Positions 21,816 to 34,299 of a stretch of DNA of 64,000 nt are shown here, piece after piece. This DNA comes from Psammoneis japonica. Taxonomy: Eukaryota. Location: positions 264,608 through 328,607 of the forward strand of contig QPGO01000047.1 in NCBI GenBank assembly GCA_008632985.1, written 5' to 3'. A program made the position numbers and the translations under genes. Position 1 is the first letter of the stretch; every line of letters starts with the position of its first letter. The notes beneath the pieces were generated by a model. That model had not been told where the DNA came from. It saw nothing but the letters and a program-made list of their open reading frames with translations, and did not search any database.

Positions 21816-24800
21816 CATGATTTGTGGAGCTCACAACTTGCTGCCGCGAAAAATGATGACACTCACCTCGAACGCAAGCAACTGATGACACTTTCTTGCC
21901 ATTTTGCATTTTTCTTACTCATTGTTGAAAGCTTTAGGTGCTTGTCGCTTTGTTGTGGTTCTGCGCTGCATTTTTAGCCGTCAATGTCCAATCTGTCGTC
22001 TCGACTTCTCACGGTGAAAATCGGGATGGATGACATGAATCCAGGAGGAGGTTGGGGTCGGAAAATTCGCCAGCCGGTGGTTTTACAATCTCTTGACGGT
22101 GGGTGCCACTTTTGTGATGTGAAACTCTGCTTTTTTTGTTGAGACGTGTGCTGAAAATGTTCTTTGCTCATCATCCAAAGCTGACGCAGAACCAGTCTTT
22201 CTCGCACGTTTGCTGCCAAGAATGCCGCGGGATTTCACACAGCAATTTGACCAACGATTTGTTCTGGGACACAAAGTGAAAGAGATGCCGAGTGTTGGAG
22301 ATGCGGTTGCTTTTCTTGTTCTTGATCTTGATGCTTTTTGATGCACTCATGACACGCACCTCGGCACCGGGTCATGGAGCTTCTAGATGGGGTCCGTGTT
22401 CGGGATGCTCCCTCAATTCGGCATTCATTTGTGTTGCCGTGACATCTTTGTCCACACCCCGGAGCTTCAATTCCGTCAACCAAGCATCAGCACTGACCCA
22501 ATGCCCAACAAGAGACAACGTTTTCCATGGCTTTGTTGCATCGTCGAACACTGCGTGGATTGTTCTTTGTTTTGGTGCCATTTCATCGAATCGGCTGCAC
22601 CCAATGCACAAAGCAGACCAACTGGGTGTGGGTGGTTCGCAAACACTGATTGGGAGCAGCGAATGTTGTCACCAGCAAAAGTTGTTTGCATCGGCATGCC
22701 ATTGTCGCACCCATTGTCATTTTTTCCCGCGGTGCACCGCGGTGTCCAGATGGAAGCGTCGACGAGTCCTGAGCAGGCGGGACTCAAAACTTCATGCAGC
22801 CACGCGCTGGCCTCAGTCCTCATTGCTCAATGAGAGATGCTCATGCCAGTGCAATCTTGCGGATCTTGCCATGTTGGTTGGGTCTTGAAGGCGGTGCTTG
22901 TCATCAACCCGGAACTCCTCATTCAGAATCTTGGCTCAACTCAAGAAGCAGTCACATGCCAGTGGGCGGTTTCACTGCTTTTTTTGTTTCCTCGGTTGCG
23001 TTTTGTGCATCAAACAGAATGCCAAAACCAGAGACAAAGTTGCCCAGAAGACTCCAACACATGTCCCGGTGATGCCAAGACAAGAGTTGTTGAGTGCACC
23101 ATGCAGTGATGAGTTGTCGTTGTCCTTCTAAAAGTGAGGCACTTGCGCTGCCTCTGCTGGATTTTTGCAATTGGAGCTTGCCGTCTGACCACATTTTCGT
23201 CATGCCCCACACACTCCACTCAAACGACAATGTGCTCCTTCTCACCAAGGAATTCGAAGTCACTCTTTTTCCATGTCTTTGGCTCCAGCTTGGTGTCAAT
23301 CCATTCGGCCATTTCTTCCGTCACACTTGTGCGCAATGCCGTCATCGCTTCCACGTTGAGATGATGAACCTGCCAACCCGAGACTGCACCACTTCAAACT
23401 CATGATCGTCCTCTTTTGATGTGACAGTGGAGCATTTTGACAGCAACGCTGACACCAATGGAGTCACCTCCTCCAGCTTGTCCTTGTCTGCTTCAGGTTG
23501 CCAATCGCAAATGTCAGAAAGGGGCGCTGGCTCCAGTTGGTGAAAGACCTCCTCTGCTGCAATCGAGTCCGGCAGTGATTGCGGCATTTCAAACAGGTGC
23601 AAATGGGAATCCATGGCTGCAATGGCCAACACTTTTTGCCATGTCTTGCTGGGCTTTCGTTGCTCCACAACTTTCATGGAGAAAATCAATTCGCTCATCA
23701 GCGGCAACTTGAGCACTTCAAGGTCCTTTGCCTCTGGTGGAATGAATGTGCGTCAAGATCGATTGAGGATGGAGGATTTGTGCTGCACTTCCTTCATTTG
23801 CACTTGCTTTGAATGCTTTTGAATCATTTCATGAACATGCCAATTGACCTCCTGGTCCATTTGGGGGAATGCACAGACTCGAAACCTGACAAAAGGTCCA
23901 CCTGTTGAGGCAAACGCTCCAAGAGCAAATCCAGCAGTTTGCTTTGACAATCCACTTCATTGGTCATGACTGAATTGGCAAGATGCAGCAATTCTGGTGA
24001 TGCCTTGTTCCACAACTTGGATTGCAACTTTGCCATGACACAACAAAGCATCTCTGCCAACCACAAATCACGCACATCTCGTTCTGCCACTGGGCTTTTT
24101 GGAGATGGCTTCGACAGGGATGACAGCACCATGCTGAGAGAAGCATGGGGATGGCAAGGGGACACAAGAGGTGTCAATTTTCTTTCTGGAGTGCAAGCGG
24201 GTGAAGCAAAAACAACGCCTTGCTGTGAACTCGTTTCATGAGAAGACCAGTGACAAAGGCAAAAAAGACTTGTGAGCCATCAATGCATCCCTTGGACTTG
24301 CCCTGCGCACGGGCGACCTTCGACTCCACCCCCTTGAGCTCTGCAATGACACCTTCACCCTTCGCGTCCATTTTTCACAAAAGAGACTTGAGCTCCTGCT
24401 GGTGGTTTGTCAACATGCTTGCCTGCCTTGCCGAGGCAGATTCTTTCTTTGAACTTTCCTCAAATCTCCAGGAAACAACAGACTGAGCATCAATGAGAGA
24501 TGTGAGCATGCCTCACATCTTTCTTCTGGTGCATCCAAACTGTTTCACCATGCTCCTTCATTCTGCACTGCAGCCGCCGTGTGGTCCTTGTGACTGCGCT
24601 CTTCCAACAGACGAGTCTGCCTCCCAGCAGCCGCGCGCTTGGTTTGCATGAGCCACGCCGAGAGCCAATCGATGGGCATGCGGGGTTTCTTGCAAACCAG
24701 AGTTCATGGCATCAACACACAACAGTCATTTTGTTGATGCTGCCTGGAGCTTCTCTGAAAACTCTTTGCGGCATTTCTCCCGAAGTCTTTTGGGTGCACG

Positions 24801-24997
24801 TGGTTTTTGGTCTTCAGTGTTTCCCTCAAAAGGAGGATGAGAAGGAGCACCGCCATGCATGTTGGACAACCAGATCTGATGCTGCTCACTGCATGAGCCA
24901 CAGCCCACCTGCATGAAGGGACCATGCAGCTGAACAATCCAATGCAGTGTGCATGCAGACAAAAGGTTGTTTTTGTCACGCCCTTTGTGACATTTGA

Positions 24998-25487
24998 GGT
25001 GGCACGGGTGCAAAAGTGGGCCAGATTCTACGTGCGCAGAGCTTAGCATGTTTTCTACACAAATCGCCAAAGTCGGCTCGCCAACTTGAACCCTCTCCCG
25101 GACGATGGAAAGTTCGACATTTCAAATGACAAAGTGTTTCGACTGCTTGGTTGCACTCTCCTCGACTTGTTTGGGGAGAGAAGTTACAAGTTTTCACAGG
25201 TTTCTGAGGATGCATGACGAATCTAATCAGAAAGGTGCCGAAATCGCGACGTTCGACTTTTAAAGAGCCGTGCAAAATGAGAAACCCATGGAAACTTGTA
25301 ACTTCTCTTCACAAACAAGTCGAGGGGAGTGCAATCAAGCAGTCCAAACACTTTGTCATTTGAAATGTCCAAGTTTCCATCGTCCTGGAGAGGGTTCAAG
25401 TTGGCGAGCCGACTTTGGCGATTTGTGTAGAAAACATGCTAAGCTCTACGCACGTAGAATCTGGCCCACTTTTGTACCCGTGCCACC
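24998..25487. mobile_element. Non-autonomous foldback element with about 208-bp TIRs and TTGA 4-bp duplication (Kolobok-like if originally TTAA)
   Basis: 24998-25205 is the reverse complement of 25281-25487. Termini are GGTGGCAC...GTGCCACC with TTGA on both sides. An empty-site paralog lies at about 25783-25888. Confidence 0.85.
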
Positions 25488-28400
25488 TTGAAGGCTGCAA
25501 CACGTTGCCGTGATGCATTGACTCTTGTTGGCAGCTGTGTGTTGCACTCCTCCCCATGTGTCACGCGTCCATGCGGCTCTTTACCAACGTGTGCTGACAC
25601 TGCACGGTTTTGGCAGAACAGTGTGGGTGCGTGCAAAGGAACATGCAGAACTGCACAGAGTTTTGCGCGTTCGACAGTGATCAACGTTGCTGCAGACAAC
25701 TCCCACTCAGGGTTTCGAACCCCTGGCCTCCTGCCCAATGATTGCGAGATGAACCACTCCGCTGTGAATTCACAACGCAGCACGCATGCAGACAAAAGGT
25801 CATTTTTGTCACGCCCTTTGTGACACCCAAAGGCTGCAACACGTCGCGCCGTGATGCATTGGCTCTCATTGGCAGCTGTGTGTTGCACCAACTGAATTTT
25901 TTTTTTTGCACGTTCGTGCACCACCCCACATGTTCCTTGTTGCACAAGAAAAAAAGACTTTGACCACAGCAAGCAAACAGTTTGCGGCAGTGTCAATGTT
26001 GACAATCAAGCGGCAATCACATCTGAAGAGTCTTTTTGTTCTTGAACCCTGTTGGAAGCATGTGGCACAGCAATTGCCGCTTGAATTTTTCCTTCAGTTG
26101 CTTTTTTCCCCATCCACTGCTTCTCTTTCATTTTTGCTGTTGTTGCCTCCATCCCAATCGAAGGTTGCGAATGCCTCTGTGACCAAAGCATGCAAAAGTT
26201 TCGCGCGTTCATTGAACCATTCAACAAAATTGGTGGTGTGGATGGAGTTGCCTGTGGACATTCATTCTGGTTGGTCAAACACCGCCATGCTTCGTGCTTT
26301 TGTGTGGCCAGAACATGCTGCCGACAGCGGCGATTGCTCAGATGCGACTTCGTCAATGTCCCAATTTGAGTTGCAAGCACACATGGAATGCATTGATCAA
26401 TCTCATGGGAAGGACACCAGTTGGTGATTGCCGCTCAAACTGTCAATTGTTCCACTTTTGCTGACGCTTTTCTTGCTCTCCATTAAATTTTTGGCGGTGC
26501 GTCGACCGGCAATGCCGTTTCTGATGTTCAAGTTGGAGTTCATTGGACACAATCACATCTGTTCACTCTTGTGTGCATCATGTGAGATGACAGGGTGAGG
26601 TGTCTGGATTCTTGGGGTGGTTCTGTGTGAGCATGAACGAACACAGATCTGCCTGGAAGTGGCTTGCCAGCCCCCCAACTTGACAGCCAAATCAATTTGG
26701 ACTGCAAAAAGATTCATCACATGTTGTTGTCAAATCAATGGTGTCTCATCATGAGTCCTCAATCAAACAATTGTGGGTGATTGGAACAAAAAGCAAAGTT
26801 TGGCAAGCACTTGAGATGCCGGAAGCTGTTGGGCCAGTTGTTGTGACGGACCGGGCTTGTCTGACTGAAGCAGCAGACAAAAGTCTCCAAGTCATGCAGC
26901 ACCTCTTAGAGATCTGTTGTTGATGAAACATGCATCTAAGCTGGTCATCTGGGGCTCCTGAGCTGGTTTGTCTTAGAAGGTGGTGCCAATTGCTGGCAGG
27001 GAGCGGCTCCTCAGACATCAGATTGCGCAACAAAATTTTTGTCTGTGCTTTGCTGCTCTTCTGATTCTCATTCTTTCCAAAACAACAGGCAAGAAAACTT
27101 CATCCTGACCACAAAGATGTTGGAAACAATTGATTTTGTGAGCACAACAAAAGAAAATGTCACAAAACTTGCCCTCAAGTGCTCACCTGAGTCCCTCTTG
27201 ACACATGTTGCAGCATCCATCTCATGATTGGAAGCATGAAAAGTGGTGCTCTTGTCCAAATTTTGCCACGCTGCTTTTCAAAACCATTTGGTGGCTTCAT
27301 CTTGACCCAAATCCAACAAAGCAGGGAGATGCAGGCAGCTGAAACTCTGTTGCATGGCAACTTGGACTGGCAACAAGTGGGATTTTGCACGGGTCCTGCA
27401 CGCACAACATGCGTTTGCAAGTGGAAAACAAGAAAGAATGTGCGACAGCACTGCAATGTCCGATGAGGACAAACTTGCTTGTTGCTGCCAGAATCATTGG
27501 ACACTCATCAATGGCATGCTTGTTGTTGACAAGATGAAGGCAACAAGGCATCAAAGCATGTGGCAGCAACAAGGATCATCGGGGGTGGCATGGACAAGTT
27601 TTCAATGGTGGTGACGGACCAAAACCACGAAGAATGAAAGTGTGGAGTGAGATGTGCAGCAAAGAAATGGAAAAACAATGAGAACCCAGTTGGGCCCCCG
27701 TGTTGACTCATGGGCATCTTCTGCTTCCTTTTCTCTTGGTCGCACAGATCAAGAGACACTTGAAAAAGAGAAAAGGCTTCTCATCAGAAATGTCGTTGAT
27801 GTGCATGGTGCTCCGGGAGGCAACTTGAGCTTGCACCTCATTTTCTTCTGCCAACGCATGATCATTTTATTTGCAACCAATCTATTTGGGGGGCAATCGA
27901 GTGCCTGTGTGATTCTTCTTTTTGCCGCCGATCTCTTTGCACGACAATCGAGCACCTGGAGCCATTTGAAAAAGGGAAATTTTGTGATTTGCTGACATCC
28001 TTCTTGCAAGAGGCAAGATTCGGGGCAGAAGAATGCCATTCTAGCCCTGTCCCCAGCATTCAAAATGCACTGTGTGGCTTTCATTGTGCACGTCTTGAAA
28101 ATGCAAGCACTGACATTGCAGTCTAGATGGCGCGGCTGGAGGAGCCCTGTGGCAAGTTTGTTGTGTTGTGAGAATGGCTCTCTCGGCCTTGGACAAGGAA
28201 GAATCAGTGGAAAATGTTTTATGACAAATGTGGTTGCATCGTTTGCTTGTCACTTTGGTGAGAAGAGACTGTTGCAGCGCATGTTCTTTTGGTTGGATGT
28301 TGATGCGACCGCCTTTGCAGCACTGCCAAACGGCTTCCTTCGGGTCAAGACGAATTTTGACAAGGAAGTCACTCAACTTGTTGAGGTTGACGCATGAGGT

Positions 28401-29659
28401 TGTCCTGAGACATCTCCAGATGGACTGTGTGCACACTCTCTGATGAGACATTGCCAGCAGAAAACAACTGCGAGCGCAGCTGGCATTCCATGCCAGGGAG
28501 GCGATTGCAGCTGCCAAATGATTCAAGAACATTGCCTGAAAGCATCCGATGCCACAGCAGCTGCTGACACTGCTTGTCCACTGCAATCTTTGTCAGTTTT
28601 TTTTGTCACTAGAGATCCCATTGAAAAAATCTTTTACAACACAAAAGACAGACAAGAGCTGTTTTAGCCAAGTGCGATCTTGAAGTGGAAGGAGCTAGAA
28701 ACAAAAGACAAATCGTGTCGCAGGCCCCATCCCCGAGCACACAGTGCCGTGGACCTCCTTCTACATGGAAATCTGTTTGCAAGGGACCACCAGTGGTCTA
28801 CTTCCCAACAGAACAGCTCGGTAAAGATCGATGCAGCATTCCACGAGATGGAAGATGCCAGGTTTACAAACTACAGATCCGAAAGACATCAAGACGAAAT
28901 AACATTCATGCTCATAAAAATGAAATGTTTGAAATCTACGTCTGATGTGCGTCCGCAAAGATCTGATGACTAACCAACGCGCGACCACACAACAACACAA
29001 TCAAAAATCAAAGAACGAGAAACTTCACCATGACGCTCGCGATCGATTTGCCGCTCGTTTTTGGAAGATTCGGCATGCCAGTACCGGTTCCGACATTTTT
29101 GAAAATATCTGATCCCACAAGAGGATAAGTTGTCGAAACCTGCCAGGCACCGAGAGCACACGAGTCGTGGAAGACCGAGGACTGAGGCTCCGTGGATTTT
29201 ACGTGCTTCTGGTACACGAACAATCCGATGCTGAATTTCCGCTCGCTCTCGATTCGCTCATAATTCTGACAATCAACTCAAACAACACGGCAGTAATGGA
29301 GGAGTTGATTGTGTTTCTCTTTTGACCATGGCGCTCTTTGCAGTGGCCATGGGCGTTCTGCTTGCTGCCGGCTTTGTCGTCGCAGAGTAAGGTACGTGGG
29401 TTCTTGTCGTGATCTTGCATTCCTTTTTCTTTTGTATTTCATCCACTCAACTCGCTCTTGCCTTCTTGTACGTACACAGAGACAGAATTATCATTCACCG
29501 TGGTTGTGGGCAAGAAGCGGATACGTTGAGGTGCTCGTGTCTAGGTTGCGGCACGGCGGTCTGGGATATTCAAGGCGAGGCGATGTACTGATTGTGGTTT
29601 GGGATTGGATTCACCAAGAAGGACGTTTTGAAAAGTACAGCAGCAATGCGAGGCTACCC

Positions 29660-30270
29660 ATTAGGATTGAGCAGACGTGGCACTCAGTCTCCCAACAACG
29701 TTGGAATAAGAGACGGCCTCTTGTCAATTGCTCTACCCGAAGCAGTAGCAAATCCTCGTACTTGACTTGTTGTGGCTTTTGCTGCCATGGGGCGGCGTGA
29801 ACGTGGAAGCGGGGTTACTCATTAGGACTTGGATAGACGTGGCACTCAGTCTCGCAACCCGAGACGGCCTCTTGTCAATTATCCTGACTCGAAGCAGTAA
29901 CGCGAACTCGCACACGAATTCACAGTACGGAATGTTAGATTGCGGGGCCACCTATTAGGGCATGAGTAGACGTGAAGGCTTCAGTCTCTCGTCAATTATT
30001 CATAGTCACGAAGCAGTGGCACAAAAACTCGCACGCATATCCATTGGTTGGGAGAAGAACGAATTTTGCCGCAAAGGCAAGGTGGACGTTAGACGGGGCT
30101 ACCTAATAGGGCATCGGCGGACCGGGCAATCAGCCTTTACCGATAGTCACGAAGCAGTAGCGCAACACTCGCCAACGTCTTCACCAAGGGGGGCATTACG
30201 TCAGTCGTGGGGTTGCCTAGTAGGGCTGCCTGTGTGGTAGTCTCGAAGCAGTAGCTAAAACTCACCAGAT
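29660..30270 (+). repeat. Five highly diverged tandem units sharing cgaagcagt(a/g), possibly a decayed repeat-protein gene
   Basis: agacgtggcactcagtctc...gagacggcctcttgtcaatt...cgaagcagta at about 29673 and 29835, with weaker copies at about 29968, 30145 and 30240. Confidence 0.55.
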
Positions 30271-31436
30271 GCCCCCACCTGTTCCACCAACAAGTCCTTC
30301 CGAAGAGGTGTTTGTTTAACATCCGGTGACCATGTCAGACCATATGAAGGCCAGTACTCGGAATATTGATGACATAGTCGGTTCAAGAACTTTGCAATCT
30401 ATCAGAGAAACGCGCTTTCTCTGCCGTTTGCGCCATCTCGGTTCGCTTCTACAGCTCAAGAATTCAGGCTCGCAGTATTGTAAGCCGAGGCCGTTTCTGA
30501 CGTCACGTTGAAACAGAGAGGCAACATTGACGAAAGAGAATTCATTGACCACACTCTATTTCAGGCTCGCATTGCTATCATTAAGTCGTGTCGCTTCGGA
30601 AGTCAAGCTTGTTGTTGAAACATTGACGGAAGAGAATAGAGCATTCATTGGGAGCAATAATTTTACAAGGCTCCCATGAAAAAATACGAATCATACCTCT
30701 CTAGAGAGACAATAAAAACACGTCTCAAATAAAAGGAATAGAAAACAGAGTTCCTAAAACGTCCGCTTGCATTCTTTACAATTTACAATACCTTAGTACT
30801 ACTTCTAGCTCGCTCATGGCGCGGTCGTCAGTCTTTTAAAGCAAGACGGACATTTATGTCGTAGCATATTCTGGCTGTATCCTTTACGTTGCGAAACCGC
30901 ACGTGCACGTTGTGGACTAGTCTAGATTTTTCTCTCAATTGTGGAGGTGGTGCGGGTGGCTTTTGGAAGCCCCCACAAATTCTTAGGCTGCATCAAGTTT
31001 GGAGAGTGATGACATCATGTGACATCATTTTCCACTCAGTGTTGCAGCACAAAATGCGCACATGACGTCAACATGCCAGGCCTGCAGCTCCAGTGACCCC
31101 CAACTCATGCAGTGATGCCACCAATGCCTCGTCAGCAGCACACAATGCAAAGCAAACAGCCCACACTTTTCTCACTCTTGCCAAATTGTGATCTGCTTTT
31201 CTGCTTCCTTTGGACTTCAATCTTGTCAAACCAATCTTGCCAAGTCAATCTTGTCAAATTGATCTTGTCAAATCATCACTCCTCATCCACCCGATTCATC
31301 AATCTTGTTCCTCCAGATCAACAGCAGCATTCTCAATTTGTGGCTTGCTCTGATTTCTGTGGTCATCTGCCATGCGACCCTTCAATCATGACCGGGACCC
31401 AATCACTTGAGCTCTGCTTGAGTCATGGTCCGCGTC

Positions 31437-32620
31437 ACCCTCCTTGATGGGCTCTGGCTCCACCATCATGAGTTCGTCACACAGGCTTTGAGCCAATCTC
31501 TTGTGAGTCTTGATTTTTGCATTCTTGGTGTTGACATCTGCCAGTTTCTTCTCCATGCTGTGCTGACATGACATGGTTCAATTAATCCACGCTGGACCAA
31601 CTCATCCAAATGTCCATTGCGAACGTGAGTGTGTTTCATCCGCTGTCCCAATTGGTTGTCAACAGCCAGAAACAGTGATGTGGCATTGTCCCCACACACA
31701 CAACTTGGCATCTTCAACATGTTCATGCCTGCCAGCTCCTCCACCAATGAGCGTTTCTGGAACTGCACACTCTGCGCGCATGCCATGCCTGCCATGGTCT
31801 TGCTTTCACAGCTGCTCAGCACCACAGAGGTCTGCTTCTTGACTGCCAATCAGTTGACAATGTGTCACTGCTCAGTGTGGAAAGGTCACTTGAAATGCTC
31901 TTTTTGTCATTCTTGTCTGTCCCTCACTCAGGGCAGAACATCCCTGTGCTCCTCAACTCCAAAGGTGACCTCAACTTCAATGGCTGACAGTGAAATTTCA
32001 GATGTCCCACAACTCTGTCCAGTGTGTGCCAGCAATCCTCAGCTGGATTTGTCAAATGCATTGTCAGCACTCCAATCAAATTTGCACAATCAGGTGAGAC
32101 CTTCAACATCACATGTGAGCTCTTTCCAACAAAGGCTTGACATCCGTTCTGCTTGACTGGCTCATGGTCTTTGTCTGCCTTCATCAATGTCTTGCCCGGC
32201 TCTCTTGGCATCTTGTAATTTTTTTTAGTGTCTTGTTCTTGAAGTGTTGTCTGCACCCCACAATTGTGTTTGTCGCATGCTTGTGCATGCTGCACTCAAA
32301 GTGCCGACCATGTTTGTCTTTCTTCAACTCACAATCAACTCCCAAATGAGTGTCGATTTGTCCAACATCCAGGATCTGAGCTCTCTTTGCCAAACAGTTC
32401 TTGGCTTCCTTGACAACTTCCCGGCTTCCCACATGTGAAAGCATCATCACCCCTTGTTGTCATCATGACAATGCAGCACACAAGGGTCAGTTTTGCTTTG
32501 CTTGAGCTTGACGCCACCCTTTTCAGTCATGGTTCTGACAAACATGTTGACTCAAAAAAAATTTGCAGACAAATCAGTCTTCAGTCTCTTGAGCATGGAA
32601 CCCTTGGCTTTCTCACAATT
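31437..32620 (-). mobile_element. Degenerate Ty1/copia RT-RNase H fragment with PPT and LTR start
   Basis: QSKTDPCVL, HLGVDCE, VVGHLK, KKQTSVVLSSCES, CGDN, RMKHTHVR. On the minus strand CAAGGAGGG is followed by TG at 31437. Confidence 0.85.
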
Positions 32621-32879
32621 GCACCACATCGGTGTGCTGCCTGTGCAGGGCAGGTGGGACTGTTTTCACATTTTTCTGTGCCTTTCCATTTGGCAGTGGC
32701 ATTCCATGTTGTCATGTGTGCCACTGCCATGCACCATGTGAGACCAGCACTGCATGTGTTGTTCACTCCATGTGGACAGCCGATGGTTGGTCATGGCATC
32801 TTTTGGTGGTGGTGGTGCAAGGATGAAACATTTCAATTTTGGAGTGAGAACCCCTGGCCAAAAAAAAATTGACGGACTG

Positions 32880-33600
32880 TTGATCTTAAAAATGCAGTGT
32901 GCGGGAAAATGGGAAAGTGACCTCATCGAAAGCACAGAGGCAGAGACAACAATGGAGTGGTGCAACTGGATTTCTTTTTCCTTGCCATGGTCACTCTCTT
33001 TTCTCATGCAACGTGCCATTTCCAACTCTCCAGCTTCAATCATTGCTGAGTGCATGGCCCAAAAGGTGACATGGATTGAACACCCAAAACAGCTGGGCAT
33101 CCAGGATGAAATCGCTTTGCAAGTGTGCCAATGCTGGTTTGTGCATCATGCAACATTTTGAAAAGGTGGCTTTATGACCATGGACCTGGTGGTGTCGAAT
33201 GTCATTGTTTGCGGTGGAATGCCCACGACTCTAGCCTGCATGAAAAAATGCCTGCATCACAAAATCACTCAAATGCACAGATCCGCGTTGATGGCTGCAT
33301 TGTCCAATGTTTCTCTGGTGGTGATGCTTTTGGAGTTCTTGCTGCTGGTGGAAACGAGGTCATTCGCATGCTGCCGAGATCCATGCATGTGAACCAGAGG
33401 TGCAGCTCCATCGTTTCTGTGCCAAGGCATGAAACCGCAATGAACAAGATTGTTCCTCAGTGTCATGACTGCGGTCGAAAGTCTCAAGAACTGATGATGT
33501 ATGAGCGATGTGACGTGGCTTGGCATTGCAGCAATGGATGCCTTGCGAGGGATTGGAACAATGACAAAGCTTCGTGTAATGCATCAAAGTGGAAGCCTCT
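32880..33600 (+). pseudogene. Degenerate MYND zinc-finger gene copy B
   Basis: CHDCGRKSQELMMYERCDVAWHCSNGCLARDWNNDKASC follows the MYND pattern (WYCS->WHCS). Upstream stops and frameshifts. Confidence 0.75.
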
Positions 33601-34299
33601 CAACGGCACTGCCAAGCAGGATTGGGCTTTATTGTGCTTTGGTAGAAACGGCACATGTTGCGTTGAAAAATCCTAGCATGAATGTGAATTTGTGTCACTT
33701 GGTTGGATAGAGTGACGCTTCTAGCTCTATCATAGAGATTTCGGCAGAAGTAAAGCTTGGAGCCGTCAGAAAGGAACGGCCCATGGTGTATACTCCCTTA
33801 TGATCACACTCTGGTTTGAGAATCACTTAGAAGACCATATGCAAAGAACGATGTTGGCATCTGTCTTGGAGATAGAAATACGATACAACACACCCACCAT
33901 ACTATTTTAGCCTGAAGTTCCTATTTGCACGAGTAGAACGTAGAGTAAGATGCCGTCTCGACACTATTCGTACAGAGTCGAATCTTTCTACGAAGCAGGA
34001 AAATACGCCTTTCCTCAGCTTGCCGTTGTCCCTGATTTTGACTTGAGTTACAGCTTCCTGCAAGATGTGTAGTTAATAGCAAACTAAGTGGAGTCATTAT
34101 CTCCTTTCCTTTCCTTCCCTGTCTCGAGTTCTCTCTTCCGTCTCATAGCGTCGTTCCCTGTCTCCAGTTCTCTCTTCCGTCTCAAAGCGTCGTATAATGT
34201 CTCAGTTTTATGATCCCTTACACATAGAATTCGTCATAACTTTTTACTTGAATCTTTCAAGACGAGTGCGCCTTTCCACAACTGTCATTTCTATTACTC

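Larger units (their letters stand above)
21250..28640. other. Large TpA-depleted hypermutated domain containing decayed coding sequence and two MITE-like insertions
   Basis: TA is nearly absent except inside the two MITEs. Decayed minus-strand reading frames could not be assigned to a family. Confidence 0.85.
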
